From: Phoronis australis
Lineage: Eukaryota; Animalia; Phoronida
DNA length: 64,000 nucleotides
Direction of reading: 5' to 3'
NCBI GenBank assembly: GCA_002633005.1
Contig: NMRA01000109.1
Coordinates: forward strand, 408,624 to 472,623
Made by a program: the position numbers and the translations under genes. Below, piece by piece: positions 28,212 to 39,655 of this stretch (position 1 is the stretch's first letter; each line of letters starts with the position of its first letter). The notes beneath the pieces were generated by a model, which was not told the origin of the DNA, did no database searches, and saw only the letters and a program-made list of their open reading frames with translations.

Positions 28212-28819
28212 AAGGCTAAGTGGTACCTAGCTACATTTTGACGACAGTCTTCATATAGCTAGCTGGCTGGCTATATAACAAAGTGCACTACTGTGAATAC
28301 ACATGTCATATTTGCAAAGGTAAACAACAATTTATATCTTAATGTATCACTTATAGGTACCCAAGTAATTTGGTTCAAGAGTGAGTATTTCCTATTTCAA
28401 CGTTTCGAAATAAGAATGGCCGTTGGAACAAGGGCAATAATCAAGAGAAACCTGATTAAATATTGCCAAATTCAACTTACCTCTATATAGTTTTTTCTGA
28501 GCGTATAAATCACAAAAACTAACAAGTATTCTTGATTGTTTAATTTTCTATTGGACGCTAAAACAGGAAATTTGCAATCTTAAGCATATCCCTTGTGCAT
28601 GTAAACATAACGTTTTTGTAGAGTAAGCTAAGTGATAAAACGCTTTTGAATCAACAAAAATGTTTGTCGAAGAGCGTTATTTAATATGGATCCTTGGCTA
28701 TGGAAGCAAAGCAAGGAATTGTACGGCGTTTAAATTGTCACAATTGTAAAACCAAAACTCACTTCCTCTTTTCACCTCTTCTCAGTGGCTGTACACTAGA
28801 CATGCTAACATTTCTTCAG

Positions 28820-28843
28820 CTGTTGACAGGGTTGAAACTGATG
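28820..28843 (+). CDS. Candidate micro-exon, 24 nt (x-VDRVETD-x), weak donor
   Basis: ctaacatttcttcag|CTGTTGACAGGGTTGAAACTGATG|gtgtga; good branch point and acceptor, poor donor. Confidence 0.3.
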
Positions 28844-29128
28844 GTGTGAATCGTTTTTCCCCAACCAACCCATACAATTTGTAAGCCATATAGAGAAAAA
28901 TGAAAAATAACGTAGAACTGTATTACGCTGTATTGTTTCAAACTAACCATTGCTCATGCAAATTTGTAAATTTGATGAGGTCTAAATATGGACGAACTCC
29001 AGTTTGCTGTTAGCGAAGAGAAAATGTACATACTGTAACGTATTTCATGGTGAGTTCATTAAAATTAAGATGCAATCAACAGCTATATATGAATATGTTA
29101 TTAAACTTTAACTTCATGTTTTACACAG

Positions 29129-29152
29129 TTCTTCTCATTTTTCAATGGCCAG
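29129..29152 (+). CDS. Candidate micro-exon, 24 nt, phase 1-1 (x-LLIFQWP-x)
   Basis: cttcatgttttacacag|TTCTTCTCATTTTTCAATGGCCAG|gtaaaa. Confidence 0.5.
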
Positions 29153-30771
29153 GTAAAAACCGTAATGTAACGTAAGTCAAAATCACATTAATCGCTTTTA
29201 AATCACCTGATCAGTCGACCTCTTAAAACAAATACTGTATCTATGATTATTGAAAAAGACAAAATGGTTTCGCACCAAATCACCAAACAGAAACAATCCT
29301 CATGGTGAAGTGGCTAACACAGTGGACTGTATCTATAATATCACTGTGTATGCCAAGTAAACAAACAGCCAACAGTTCAAATCTAGAAATCAAGGAATAC
29401 TTTATACCAGTAAAGGAATCATAAATAAAACTCAAGACAAACACAACACAGAACATACAAGACACAGCTATAAAGTTAAGAGGGTTTAAATGTGATTTTT
29501 TTTTAATTTAGAAGGTTGTTCTATGTTCAGATCGATTCGAGCTTGTGTAAAGATTGGGTCGAGGGGGTTGTGGGCCGTGGGTCGAGAGGGTTGTGGGTCG
29601 TGGGGGTCGTGGGTCGAGGGGGTTTCAGAACAATCCGCATCAGTTTTACAAGCAAGAATGAGGGCTACAGTATGTATTGTCTCTTGATGGATTACCAGGT
29701 AGCACTGTACTGGAAATTCTGGTCATATATCAGCAGGCTGACGTATTGCGTAAATCTATGATGCCTACTACGACATGGATTTTGAGGAATGCTGACGAAC
29801 ATTTTTTATCATTATCATAATCATTTTAACCAACAGGGCTGCCGTGAATCGTGTAATAATTGCTTTGTTGGAGAAAGGATTGGGTTCTCGTTTAAATGAG
29901 CTGAACTGTCACATCCACTCTTTTGACACAATCACCTGCTCATGTCGACCATTGTTTAAGTAGTAAGAGCCAATTAAAGGACAACTATTTGGGAGAGACT
30001 TCAAAACAATGTTATCTTGGCAATCAGTACGTTGGAGTTTAAGGACGGTAAAGACGATCTCAAGGCTTTCATTAGTTTTCTAGAGAGGTCAGGCTTGGAG
30101 AAAGGATTCATACCGTGGCAACTATCGTCATATGCTGGTTGAGTTGTGTGGCCGGTACTTTGAGCAGCATGCTGCATTTCGAAAATTTCTGTGATCATCA
30201 GGGTAAGAATGCAGCAAAATTCGAGCACCAGCTCTGTTCAATTTTGTGTCAGTTGTTGCAGTCACAGAGATTCGTGTCTTGGGTTGAGAAAAAAGAGAAA
30301 AAAGAAGCAGTTGTGGCAAGTCCACTTGGAACCCTGATCGTCACTTGTGACTTCTTTGGTAACAACCTGAGCGTAGTTGCACGTTTAAACTGTTTGCTAC
30401 TGAGCCCAGTGAGCCTCAGTTATTTCTAGGTATGATGACCAAGTGCCTTACTGCCTCTGTAACTGTGTTACAGCTTCATAATGGACGGTACTTTGCAATA
30501 TACATCACGGAACGGCTGTGGTTAGATACAGAAGCAGAGCGATTACATAACATGGACAGCGAATAAATCATTGGCGCTACCGTCATTTTTCACAGCAAAC
30601 ATCTGTGCAAAAAAAACAAATTTATCCACAGCCCGGAGAGCAAAAGGAAAGGTCAAATAGTAAAGTTGGCAATAAACCCTGCAAGAGAACAACGACACCG
30701 ATTTTATGAAGGTGGTTTAACAAACCTGGTATAATTTTAGACCTAACTTGCATTTCACCAACATGGTTTAA

Positions 30772-33700
30772 GAGTCACTGCATGAGAAAGTCAGGCAGAT
30801 GCGGGAACATGACATGTCACGGATTTTTTTAAATGTAGCTTATTTTTACTCTTAGGTGGAATGGTCAACACCTAAAATAATTTTATTTAAAATATCTAAC
30901 TTCTTCACAGATAACTGCTCCCTCGAATTTTTAGCTAGTTTTTGGCTTCGGAAACCATCAAATTTTAGCATTTTTGTTGCATCACTGTGCAACAACGACA
31001 AGTTAACAGAAACTAAGAATGAGATACTGAATAAACACAATTTCTGTCTACATGAAAATGTAAAACTTATAGTTGAAACGTATTCGCAAATTAGCTATTT
31101 TTGTTACTTATTCAACCCACCTGAGTCAAGCAGTCTAACTGGTGGAAATGCCCTTTATTCGATCGTTATTTCTTTTACGGCGCAAAAACACTCAGAAATG
31201 TTACATACTACATGTGTAAGCTGAGCCTTTGTAACATTCGTGGACAGCGACCTGTGTGTCCTGCATGCTTTGATTGAAACCACCCACTTCGCTGATATCG
31301 GTCGTCCTGTTCGCCATTACTGTCACACTCCCATTAACAAACCAACAAAGTTCTAAACATTTGTGAGTAATAAAAAACGATGTCAAGAAGATCGTTAAGA
31401 ATTTTTAAAGCTCGAAATCGGAATTACATTAAAATTCTTGCGGATAGTGCTCAGAACTTTACAATTAAAGCTGAAATTACGGCCTCAAAACGGTCGGTCC
31501 TGTAATGTCTGCTTGACGTCTAGAAACGTTAAGTGCTTCCGAAAAAAATAGGAACGTATATTAACACGAGACAAGCCAAAAATCATACTTGATTGAATGA
31601 TTATTGTTTACCATAGCTTTTAAGTACCGAAGGCCCACGGGGAGCACTGATCCTCTAAAGGTGAAAATCTTCCGGGTAGTAATTTTTCTGCTGCTCATCA
31701 GATGGCGCACCGGTTTATCTTCTGTTGAGCAAGTTGTACTCATTACGCAGTGCAAAGTCTATATTTTCGGGCGCGCCCAAGCGTGTAGCTTTGAAAACTC
31801 ATACATTTTGGCTAACTATTCAATGCACGGAAAATGTATATTGGCTATTGCTATTTCTATAGGAGTGTTTTCGCCAACCTCCACTGAACAGTTCTTGAAG
31901 CAACGTTTCAGCCACTTGTATTTAGAATTATTACCGGGACTTCCATTTTAGTGATGACGATTGCAACGTAGATTCGACGAAGCATTACAGGTTCAGATGA
32001 GAATGGACCAGGAGATTCCAACCGTGATTATAGAGCATCCCTAACACGATATGAATTCGAGATGTACATAAAATACTACATAGGGCTAGCAATTGGTTAA
32101 TCTGGGCACCCGATGTAAACCACTTGCAGATACAGAATTTCAAAAGGGGCGATTGCAGTGGTGCTATAAATTTGAAATGCAGACAGACAACGAAAATGTC
32201 AAGTTATTTTACTTAAGGTATCGGGGAACTTAAGTGTTTTATTATCTAATACTCATGGAAACTCTGACTTGCAACACATAGAAAAACACATCAGTGCAGT
32301 ATTTAATACACAGGAAATTGATACTACGCAGCCTTTGGTCATGGTTGACATCGAGCTATGAATAGGACACTTTAGTTTCCCACCAGTAAATTGATTATAG
32401 TGCATATGTGTATTATACAAGTGCGGGTGTTACAGCTGGTTGTGAACGTTAAGTTTTGGGTATCGAGATCTTTGATCAAAAGAAGAAAAATGAAACCATA
32501 GTCTACATCACACTGCATTTTTTTTCAGCATCACACAAAAACAGGAAAAACGGAAAGTGACGAAGATTGCACCTCTGGCAGCATGCTTTCAGGGATGTTA
32601 ATAATATGTAATGTATAAAATGAAAAACTTCTAGGTGGTGCAGCACACAATGTAACTGTATACAGCCCATACTATGAATTGTTACGTAGCTCACCTTCAA
32701 ATGAGAAGTTATTAAGTTGACGAAGTCCTGAGATTGAGTGGTGAACACCCTTTGCATTCCCGAGGCTGCAAACGTATACCTTTGGCTTTCAACCTGGATA
32801 CTTCCACATACGGTGCTTTGGACAGATGATCTTTTCTTCTAACAGGCTGGCCAGTTCCTTTGTCTCGCACACTCCCATTCGTGCCAGATTGCCAATCAAC
32901 TCCCATTCTTCCAAGTGATCTAGTGCGTTGACACTTTTCGGGTATTTGACAATATATTTATTGTAAGTAACACAGCGAATCGCTGGCTTTGCCATTTTGC
33001 TTCAGAGCGTGACCTATTTTCGTGAACCTCATTCCGCTTCTTAGCTAAATATCAATAACGCAATATTACGGTAAAAGAACGCTCGAAACAATTCTGATTA
33101 TCTTGAATGAAATTTAATATGATTTTTTATTACGATTTACTTCCAATTTAGATCATATTTTTCATATTTTCTGCTTTGCCGCCCTCTATTGGTGGCAGTA
33201 TGAAACTGTTACAGGTGAAAGTGGTGAAAATGCCTTCGCTAAAGTGTAAATTCGAGAATTAAAAAAAGTGCTGTCCACGGAAATAACGATATCTTGTCAA
33301 AGACGAGGGCTGTAGCTATCACAGAACCCATGTGTGGGTGATGTGCGTTTTTCCGCGCTTCAATTACATAGGCCTCTACATAGGTCTAAACTGGTAGCTG
33401 TTTTTGGCCCGTGGAGGCAAGGCATTCAAAAGTTCCTTAAAAATATCAAAATACGTTATTCTGAAATATTTTTGGCATCCTCAATTCCAAAAAGGATAGT
33501 TTTGTATAACTCAATCAATTTTTTATTTTTTAAACGCCCGCAAAGTGGTTTAATTCCTATGGAAACATAGGGCATTTCCAACAGTCGCGCAAAAGGGGTT
33601 AGGCCATTTTTTCACCCGATTTAGTTATTCCTTATATATCTACAAAGTGACGAAAGACAAAACTAATTTTATGTTTTTGTAACTAATTCACCCCAAGAGA

Positions 33701-33786
33701 TATATATATTATATCAAATTTATAATTCATGACATGTCATGTTCCCATAATATTGCAATTTGCCAGACGTTCTCATGCAGTGACTC
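30772..33786. mobile_element. Kolobok-like element nested in the outer element, TTAA TSD
   Basis: TTAA|GAGTCACTGCATGAGAA...atgacatgtca and tgacatgtcat...TTCTCATGCAGTGACTC|TTAA. Confidence 0.8.
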
Positions 33787-34168
33787 TTAAAAGTCTGAAA
33801 GCCTGATTTAGTTAGACCATCATGCGGGTTTAGTAAAACCAGGTTTAAAGTATCCAAGCCACCCTACTGTGTTGATCCGGATTAACGCAACAAAAACATT
33901 GAAATGCTTCAATGAAACCTTGATCACGTGGGTACACAATAGCACACAGCTGTAGAATCAGTGCAGACATTTGCGAAAAAAGGCTAAAAGCTTTTCTCAC
34001 GAAAAATAATTCCTCCCATAACTACTCAGAGAAAAAGCCATGGTCAAGAAAATTCGTGCCAAATCAAGTCAACGTAAGCAGCAGGCTAGGAGAGATAATG
34101 CTCCAGAATAAAGGCCAGAAAGGAAATTTCATCAGTGAAAATTTAGCCAAGAAAAACAGTGAGGGAAT

Positions 34169-34475
34169 CAGTGGCAGATCTAGGATATCATGAGGAGATA
34201 TTTTTCATTTTGTATTGTCCAACACAAGTACACGCATTAAAATTACTTTCTCTCGATTACCCGTATAAGCACTGATTTAGTTCAGTGTCATTTTACTTTT
34301 TGCGGCCAAAGGGGGGCCACAGAGGCAGATCCAGGATTTTGAGTTGGGGGACCAGGGTAGTATATTAGCCAGAATTTTTCCCGTCAGACATTCGCACCTC
34401 CGAACTGCCAAGTGGAATCTAGGAGAATTTTAGGCGGCCATGGCCCCTTTGGCCCCCCTCTAAGTCCGCATATGG
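34169..34475. mobile_element. GGCRGATCYAG-type MITE fragments (hAT-like ends)
   Basis: cagtggcagatctagga, cagaggcagatccagga and ggcccccctctaagtccgc. Confidence 0.5.
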
Positions 34476-36090
34476 GCAAGAAGCCCTGCGCCACAACCTT
34501 AAATTGGGGACCAATTGAGATGGAATTCGGTCAGAACAATCATTATATGCCTTTTTAATCAAACGCGTAGCGCTTGCGACGATAACGCTCTCCTCGAACT
34601 GTCATATTCTGAGGAATCCGAAGGACACCATTCGGTACGTACTGGTCTACGTTTAGACGGATCCAGGGGTTCAAGTGGTCCGGACCCCTTTTTTCTTTGA
34701 TTTTAGTGATGTCAAATCTATAATTTTCAAATTGTTGACCCAGACGCTCCTTTTAAAAATCCAAAAACCTTTAAAAATTCTTGGTCCCACTGTTACGTTT
34801 GATTTTGTGTTGTCCTAAAACTGAATATTGAAAATAGTCCCTTCTCGCTTTAAAACTGCGTTGTAAGTGCACACCAAAGCATCATTCATGTGCACCTATA
34901 TCGTACAAGTATGCAATATTTACTAGTATTAAACATGGGTCTAAGTCTTAAATTAAACCTGGTTTAAGGGTCTTAATACAGATCTAAGTAATAAATGGCT
35001 CGTTGGTGAAATGAATACTGACTTAGACCAGGTCTTAACTGGAGTTATACCAGGTTTTACTAGACTAAAAGTAAAGCAACCTTTATGAAATGCAGATTAT
35101 CTTTAAACCTGGTGTAAATAAAGTTTAAACCAGGTTTAACTTTAAACCACCTTTATGAAATCGGCTGGAAGTGTTCAAAACACTATTGCTGCTAAAGTCA
35201 AGTTCCATTGCAACAACGGTTATCATCCAACGTCCAAAAGAAATTGACATAAGAACGCAAAAACTAATAAAACACTAAAAACTCCAAATCTGGACGTGGA
35301 AAAGGCCTTCCACAATTGACCAGTGACTAACTACAGGGTCTCCAAGACATTTTTAGTCAAAGTTTCTTAGACAGAAAAATTTTCACGTATGTTCCAACCA
35401 AGATTCTCAAAAGAAGATTGTGTGCGATGGTCATATCGAAATTATGAAAACAATGGAAGAGATTCTTACGTAATTAGTTATTGGACTGATGAGGAGTCGC
35501 CAGAGGAGGCGGTGGAGTATGTGTGTCAAATTATGAAATGGCTGTCGACTTCATCAATGGGGATTTGGTCTTGTGCTAGTGCTTTTAACCCTATCTATAG
35601 AATTGAGTGCAACTGCAATAAATACTTCTGAATGATGTATAACACGCTACCTGCATGCATATCTTTACCTGAACTTCATTTTATGGGTGAGGGTGAACAA
35701 AAGTTACGTACGTAAAGTCCACATAAATAACCCATTTTCCCTTTGGTCAATGTCTACTTCGTCGGAGTTCAAGATGCACATGGACTTGATGTTTTAACTT
35801 ATGTAGAATCCGAATGGTGTCGTCAGGCACTGGCCATAGCTACAGTTGTGTTTTCTTCATGAAGTTTATTGCAATATCATGGTTTTTATAATCAACATGC
35901 AGTAATTCCCATATATTCCAACTGATCACAGATCGTTTGCCTCGTTCTGACTAATGAGTCCACTTCGGTTTTGATGTACATTGTTAATACAATTCATGTG
36001 ATGATGGAGTTACCTTGTGCATGTCATTTTAACAAATATATTTTGCTATTTGTGCTAAAAACAACAACGTATTTCATTATCTGTTTTCAG

Positions 36091-36114
36091 ATGGATGGGC
36101 AAAACTTTCCCTGT
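36091..36114 (+). CDS. Micro-exon, type A, 24 nt, phase 1-1 (x-GWAKLSL-x)
   Basis: cattatctgttttcag|ATGGATGGGCAAAACTTTCCCTGT|gtgagtatt. Confidence 0.8.
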
Positions 36115-39100
36115 GTGAGTATTCATTGAGCCACAGTTTCTCAATAATAATATTCATACGGAGAGAGAGGATTCATCAAAACAATTTTGAATATATTGTG
36201 CCAATTTCAACTTCACTGCTTATCAACATGTCTATATTTACAGGAACTGTTTTAAGTTTTCAAGTAAGTCTCGGTTCTTCCCACAATGTAGTTTTAGTGA
36301 GCAATGGTGAATCAGTGTAACCATAAAACTCTTGTCCTTGAATGACAAAATCGATTAGGGGCTGCTTAGGTTGCGGCGTACATGCGTGGAGTTTGTTTGC
36401 ATTTAGTTCTTTTTATGGAATTTATTTCAGTGAAACCTTTCCCAACATCACCGTTTTACAACCATATTGCAAGAAAGTCATATCTTTAGAATACATTTCA
36501 CCAGTTTATTATTGTGCATGATCTTACCAGAAACAAATTTAATTCATAAATAATAATCGTTTCGCATCCCTGACACGTTTAAAAATATGTTTCCTTTTAA
36601 CATCAGCGAGTGTTACGAAAATACGAGAAACAAAAATGATCACTATAAAAATTACAGACGTGTTGCTGATGCCACGGCCGTTGACTTTCGGATCGCTCCA
36701 GCCACTCTGTCCCCACTGGTGGGAATTTTGTTTACCGCTGAATCTGAAATTTGAGAGATGTTACGTTATGGAAAAGTGAACAAACGGAAACGGCTCTTGA
36801 ACTGATAGAGATGCCACTGTGCAAAATGTTTTTTCCAGGTTTGAATTTGTTTCTTCAGATTTGGATCATGTATTTTCAGGAAACTAGGCAAATAGGTTTC
36901 TATCAAACGGGCTACAACACCTTACCATTTTCGGTCAGCTTTGACTTCTTTTGCACCACATGGTGGCCAATCCTTCCTTTTCGCGTCTGTTTCCTGGCGT
37001 CCACTTCCCTATCTGCTATATTGCTTAAAGGATCATGATAATAATTAGCATAATTATGTGTTCTTGACGAGTACGCCATGACTCAAGTTGATTTTCGACG
37101 GTGCAACTACTGTGTCGATCCCTAAGGGAGATTTTGTTTTTTGCGTCTTTGGCAGAATCTCCCTAACCATAAGTTTAAAGAGATTTGTGAAATTTGGAAA
37201 ATGTGCTTCTGTGCAGCTGACAACAAACGATAAAAATCTCGAACTAATCCAATTACCACTCAGCCGAACAGTAGCAACACCTTTTTTACGTTTACCTCTG
37301 CGTTATCGGAGTTCATGCATGACCTTTCATGAAATTCAGCAAATAAGTATCTATTAAGGCAACAATGCCTTCCCATTTTCGGGCAGATTTGATCTTTTTT
37401 GTGCCACCCTTTGGTCATTTTAAAAAATCCACGTTTTTTGTTGCTTCTACCTGTCTATATGCTAAACGACTCAAAGTACCAACATGAAAATTGATTGTTA
37501 TATTCCTGACGTGAGGACTCTGGCTAATGTTGATAATTGGATGTTTTACCATTATGGCACCCCTCAGGGTTGTATTTCCTTAACTCTTTGAAAGGTCTTT
37601 GCGATATTTGACAGATGAGCTCAAACTGAGATGGCAATAGATGACGATGAGTTTCAGAACAATCTGTTTATAGCTTTGCCCCATAGTTTCAATAGATTTT
37701 TTTACATTTGCCTCTGCGTCTGTTTTTACAAAAGCGACACCGCCATCTTAATTCGGTTGGCATTTATATATTCTTTACTATGCAATGGCCATTCTATGAT
37801 ACTAAAATCGCTCATGGAAGCACACAGTTAGCGGTGCTATCGTGGGCCCACTCCAATGCTCTGCGTTGCTCTTGTTTATAACTATATTTCACTACAGAAA
37901 AAATCAAATTTCAGAAATCGAATGATCATAAAACGCCTGAGGAGTGGTAAACATGACATAAACGAATTTGTATAGAAATAACTGAAAACAGTAATAGTAT
38001 ATACATACATACAGTATAAGTACACACACGGGCTCAAATAAAAACACAATGAATTTTAGGGAGTTACATTAGCAAGTGCCATTAGGGCCTAAAATATTAA
38101 TTTATAGTTGCAGAATAGGAATCCAGAAATCAAATACCACTTCTTTCCGTAAAATACTGTAACATAAGTCTAAGGCTCAAAATGTAACGGTCAATACATT
38201 TTGGGCATGCCGTTTGATAGGCCCTTGAAAGTGGTTCCAAGGCTGTAGCTGAAAAAATGCCAGACCTCAGAAAAATCCCAGCATCCAGTTTAGTTTACAT
38301 GTCGCTAAAAATTAACCAAAGCAATTGTCGGGTCTGTAGATTATTCCTGCTGTAAACATTGGTTCAATAAAGAAAAACAACGTGTCCACAACTAGATAAA
38401 TTTATTTCTTTCGTCGGTAGTTATGTCGTACCAGTTCGTAATTTATTGGTTAACTGAAACTTTATAAAACAAAACACTCTAAGTTATGAAGACTGGCTAA
38501 ATTATACCATTACGATGTCGTTGCATCTTGTACAAAATGGATAGCTAACGTCTACTATCAACATAAACAATAGACCAGTCTGCGTGAAATGTTAAATGGT
38601 AACCAAATTCATACTTACAGCCTTTGCCTGAAAAAAACCCTGCCCCGTAATCTACACACGGTGCTGCCCGTACCTGGCAGTACAAGAAGTTTGATTGACA
38701 CAGACACCATTACATCTTAACACAACCATGAAAACAACACCAACGAAAGTTAGGTTGACTATGTAATGAATTATTCCGAGACAACGCCGCAAGACATATA
38801 ACTGACGCCTTATGAGATCAGTAATGCCACCTCTAGGAAAACAGGAAACACGCTGTATGCATTGTCTGCATATACATCTATTGATATTGACAAAAATGAA
38901 CATGGACCAATAAAATTAATATCCATTTGGTAATTAAAACATTACATTTAAACCCAATCCAGCAGGCAGTCTGAAATTCACAATGCAAACTCTTGCATTA
39001 AGTCTCGGAATCCCAAGCTCTCGTAATAGAATGCATAGGGTAAGTGCTAAATTTGGCATTCCAGGATGGATTTCAGTAGCGGCCAGCTAGAAAAATCTCC

Positions 39101-39557
39101 CAAAATCACCCGTCTCCATTCCAAGATCACGGCGGTATTTCCCCGTCTTGCTTTCCAATGATGTTCTAAATGTTCGTGAACACCACTCAATACTATGGTT
39201 CTATGGTGTAACATACCTAAATTTTATCTGCATAACTCATTTTTGTCAATGTCTACTTTGTCCAACGTGAAAATTAACAGTTGTTTCTTCATTTGCAACA
39301 ACTTTATTGCGATTTCATTATTTCCATAACCCACTAGCAGTAATTCCCCTATATGTTAACTGTTTTCCTATATGTGTCTCATTCTGAAATGACGAATGAT
39401 TTCCTGTCAGGTTAAAGATTCTTATTACAATTCGTAGGTGGCTGGAATTACTGAACAGTACAATAGTGACTATAACAAATGTACGCTAATGTTATTAAGT
39501 GTGTAATGTTTATGATTCCTTAACATAGTAATTTCTTTATCACTCTATGACTTACAG

Positions 39558-39581
39558 TTGCTTCAACAGGCACTCCCGAGC
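39558..39581 (+). CDS. Micro-exon, type B, 24 nt, phase 1-1 (x-ASTGTPE-x)
   Basis: ctctatgacttacag|TTGCTTCAACAGGCACTCCCGAGC|gtgagtatt. Confidence 0.8.
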
Positions 39582-39655
39582 GTGAGTATTTATTATACTA
39601 CTTTCCCCCTCCCCTAAAAAGAACGAATGCAAGCAGAGAATTTATCAATGTCAAT

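Larger units (their letters stand above)
30698..35164. mobile_element. Outer TIR element hosting further insertions
   Basis: ccgattttatgaaggtggttta ... taaaccacctttatgaaatcgg; internal aaacctggt/accaggttt subrepeats. Confidence 0.75.
29690..35580 (+). pseudogene. Degenerate transposase-like relic, copy 2, interrupted by nested inserts at 30698-35164
   Basis: 29690-30470 aligns with 3420-4240 (aaggacggtaaagacgatctcaaggctttc); probable C-terminal part SYWTDEESPEEAVEY near 35475-35520. Confidence 0.55.

Noticed and set aside
36243-36268. Conserved 'ttttcaagtaagt' donor-like motif downstream of A exons (also at 4841)
   Set aside because: The implied exons are 19-20 nt, not 3n, and the motif is absent from the third copy
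38619-38627. Minus-strand 9-nt micro-exon-like motif (tttttttcag GCAAAGGCT gtaagt)
   Set aside because: Single instance inside an inserted segment with no partner exons on that strand
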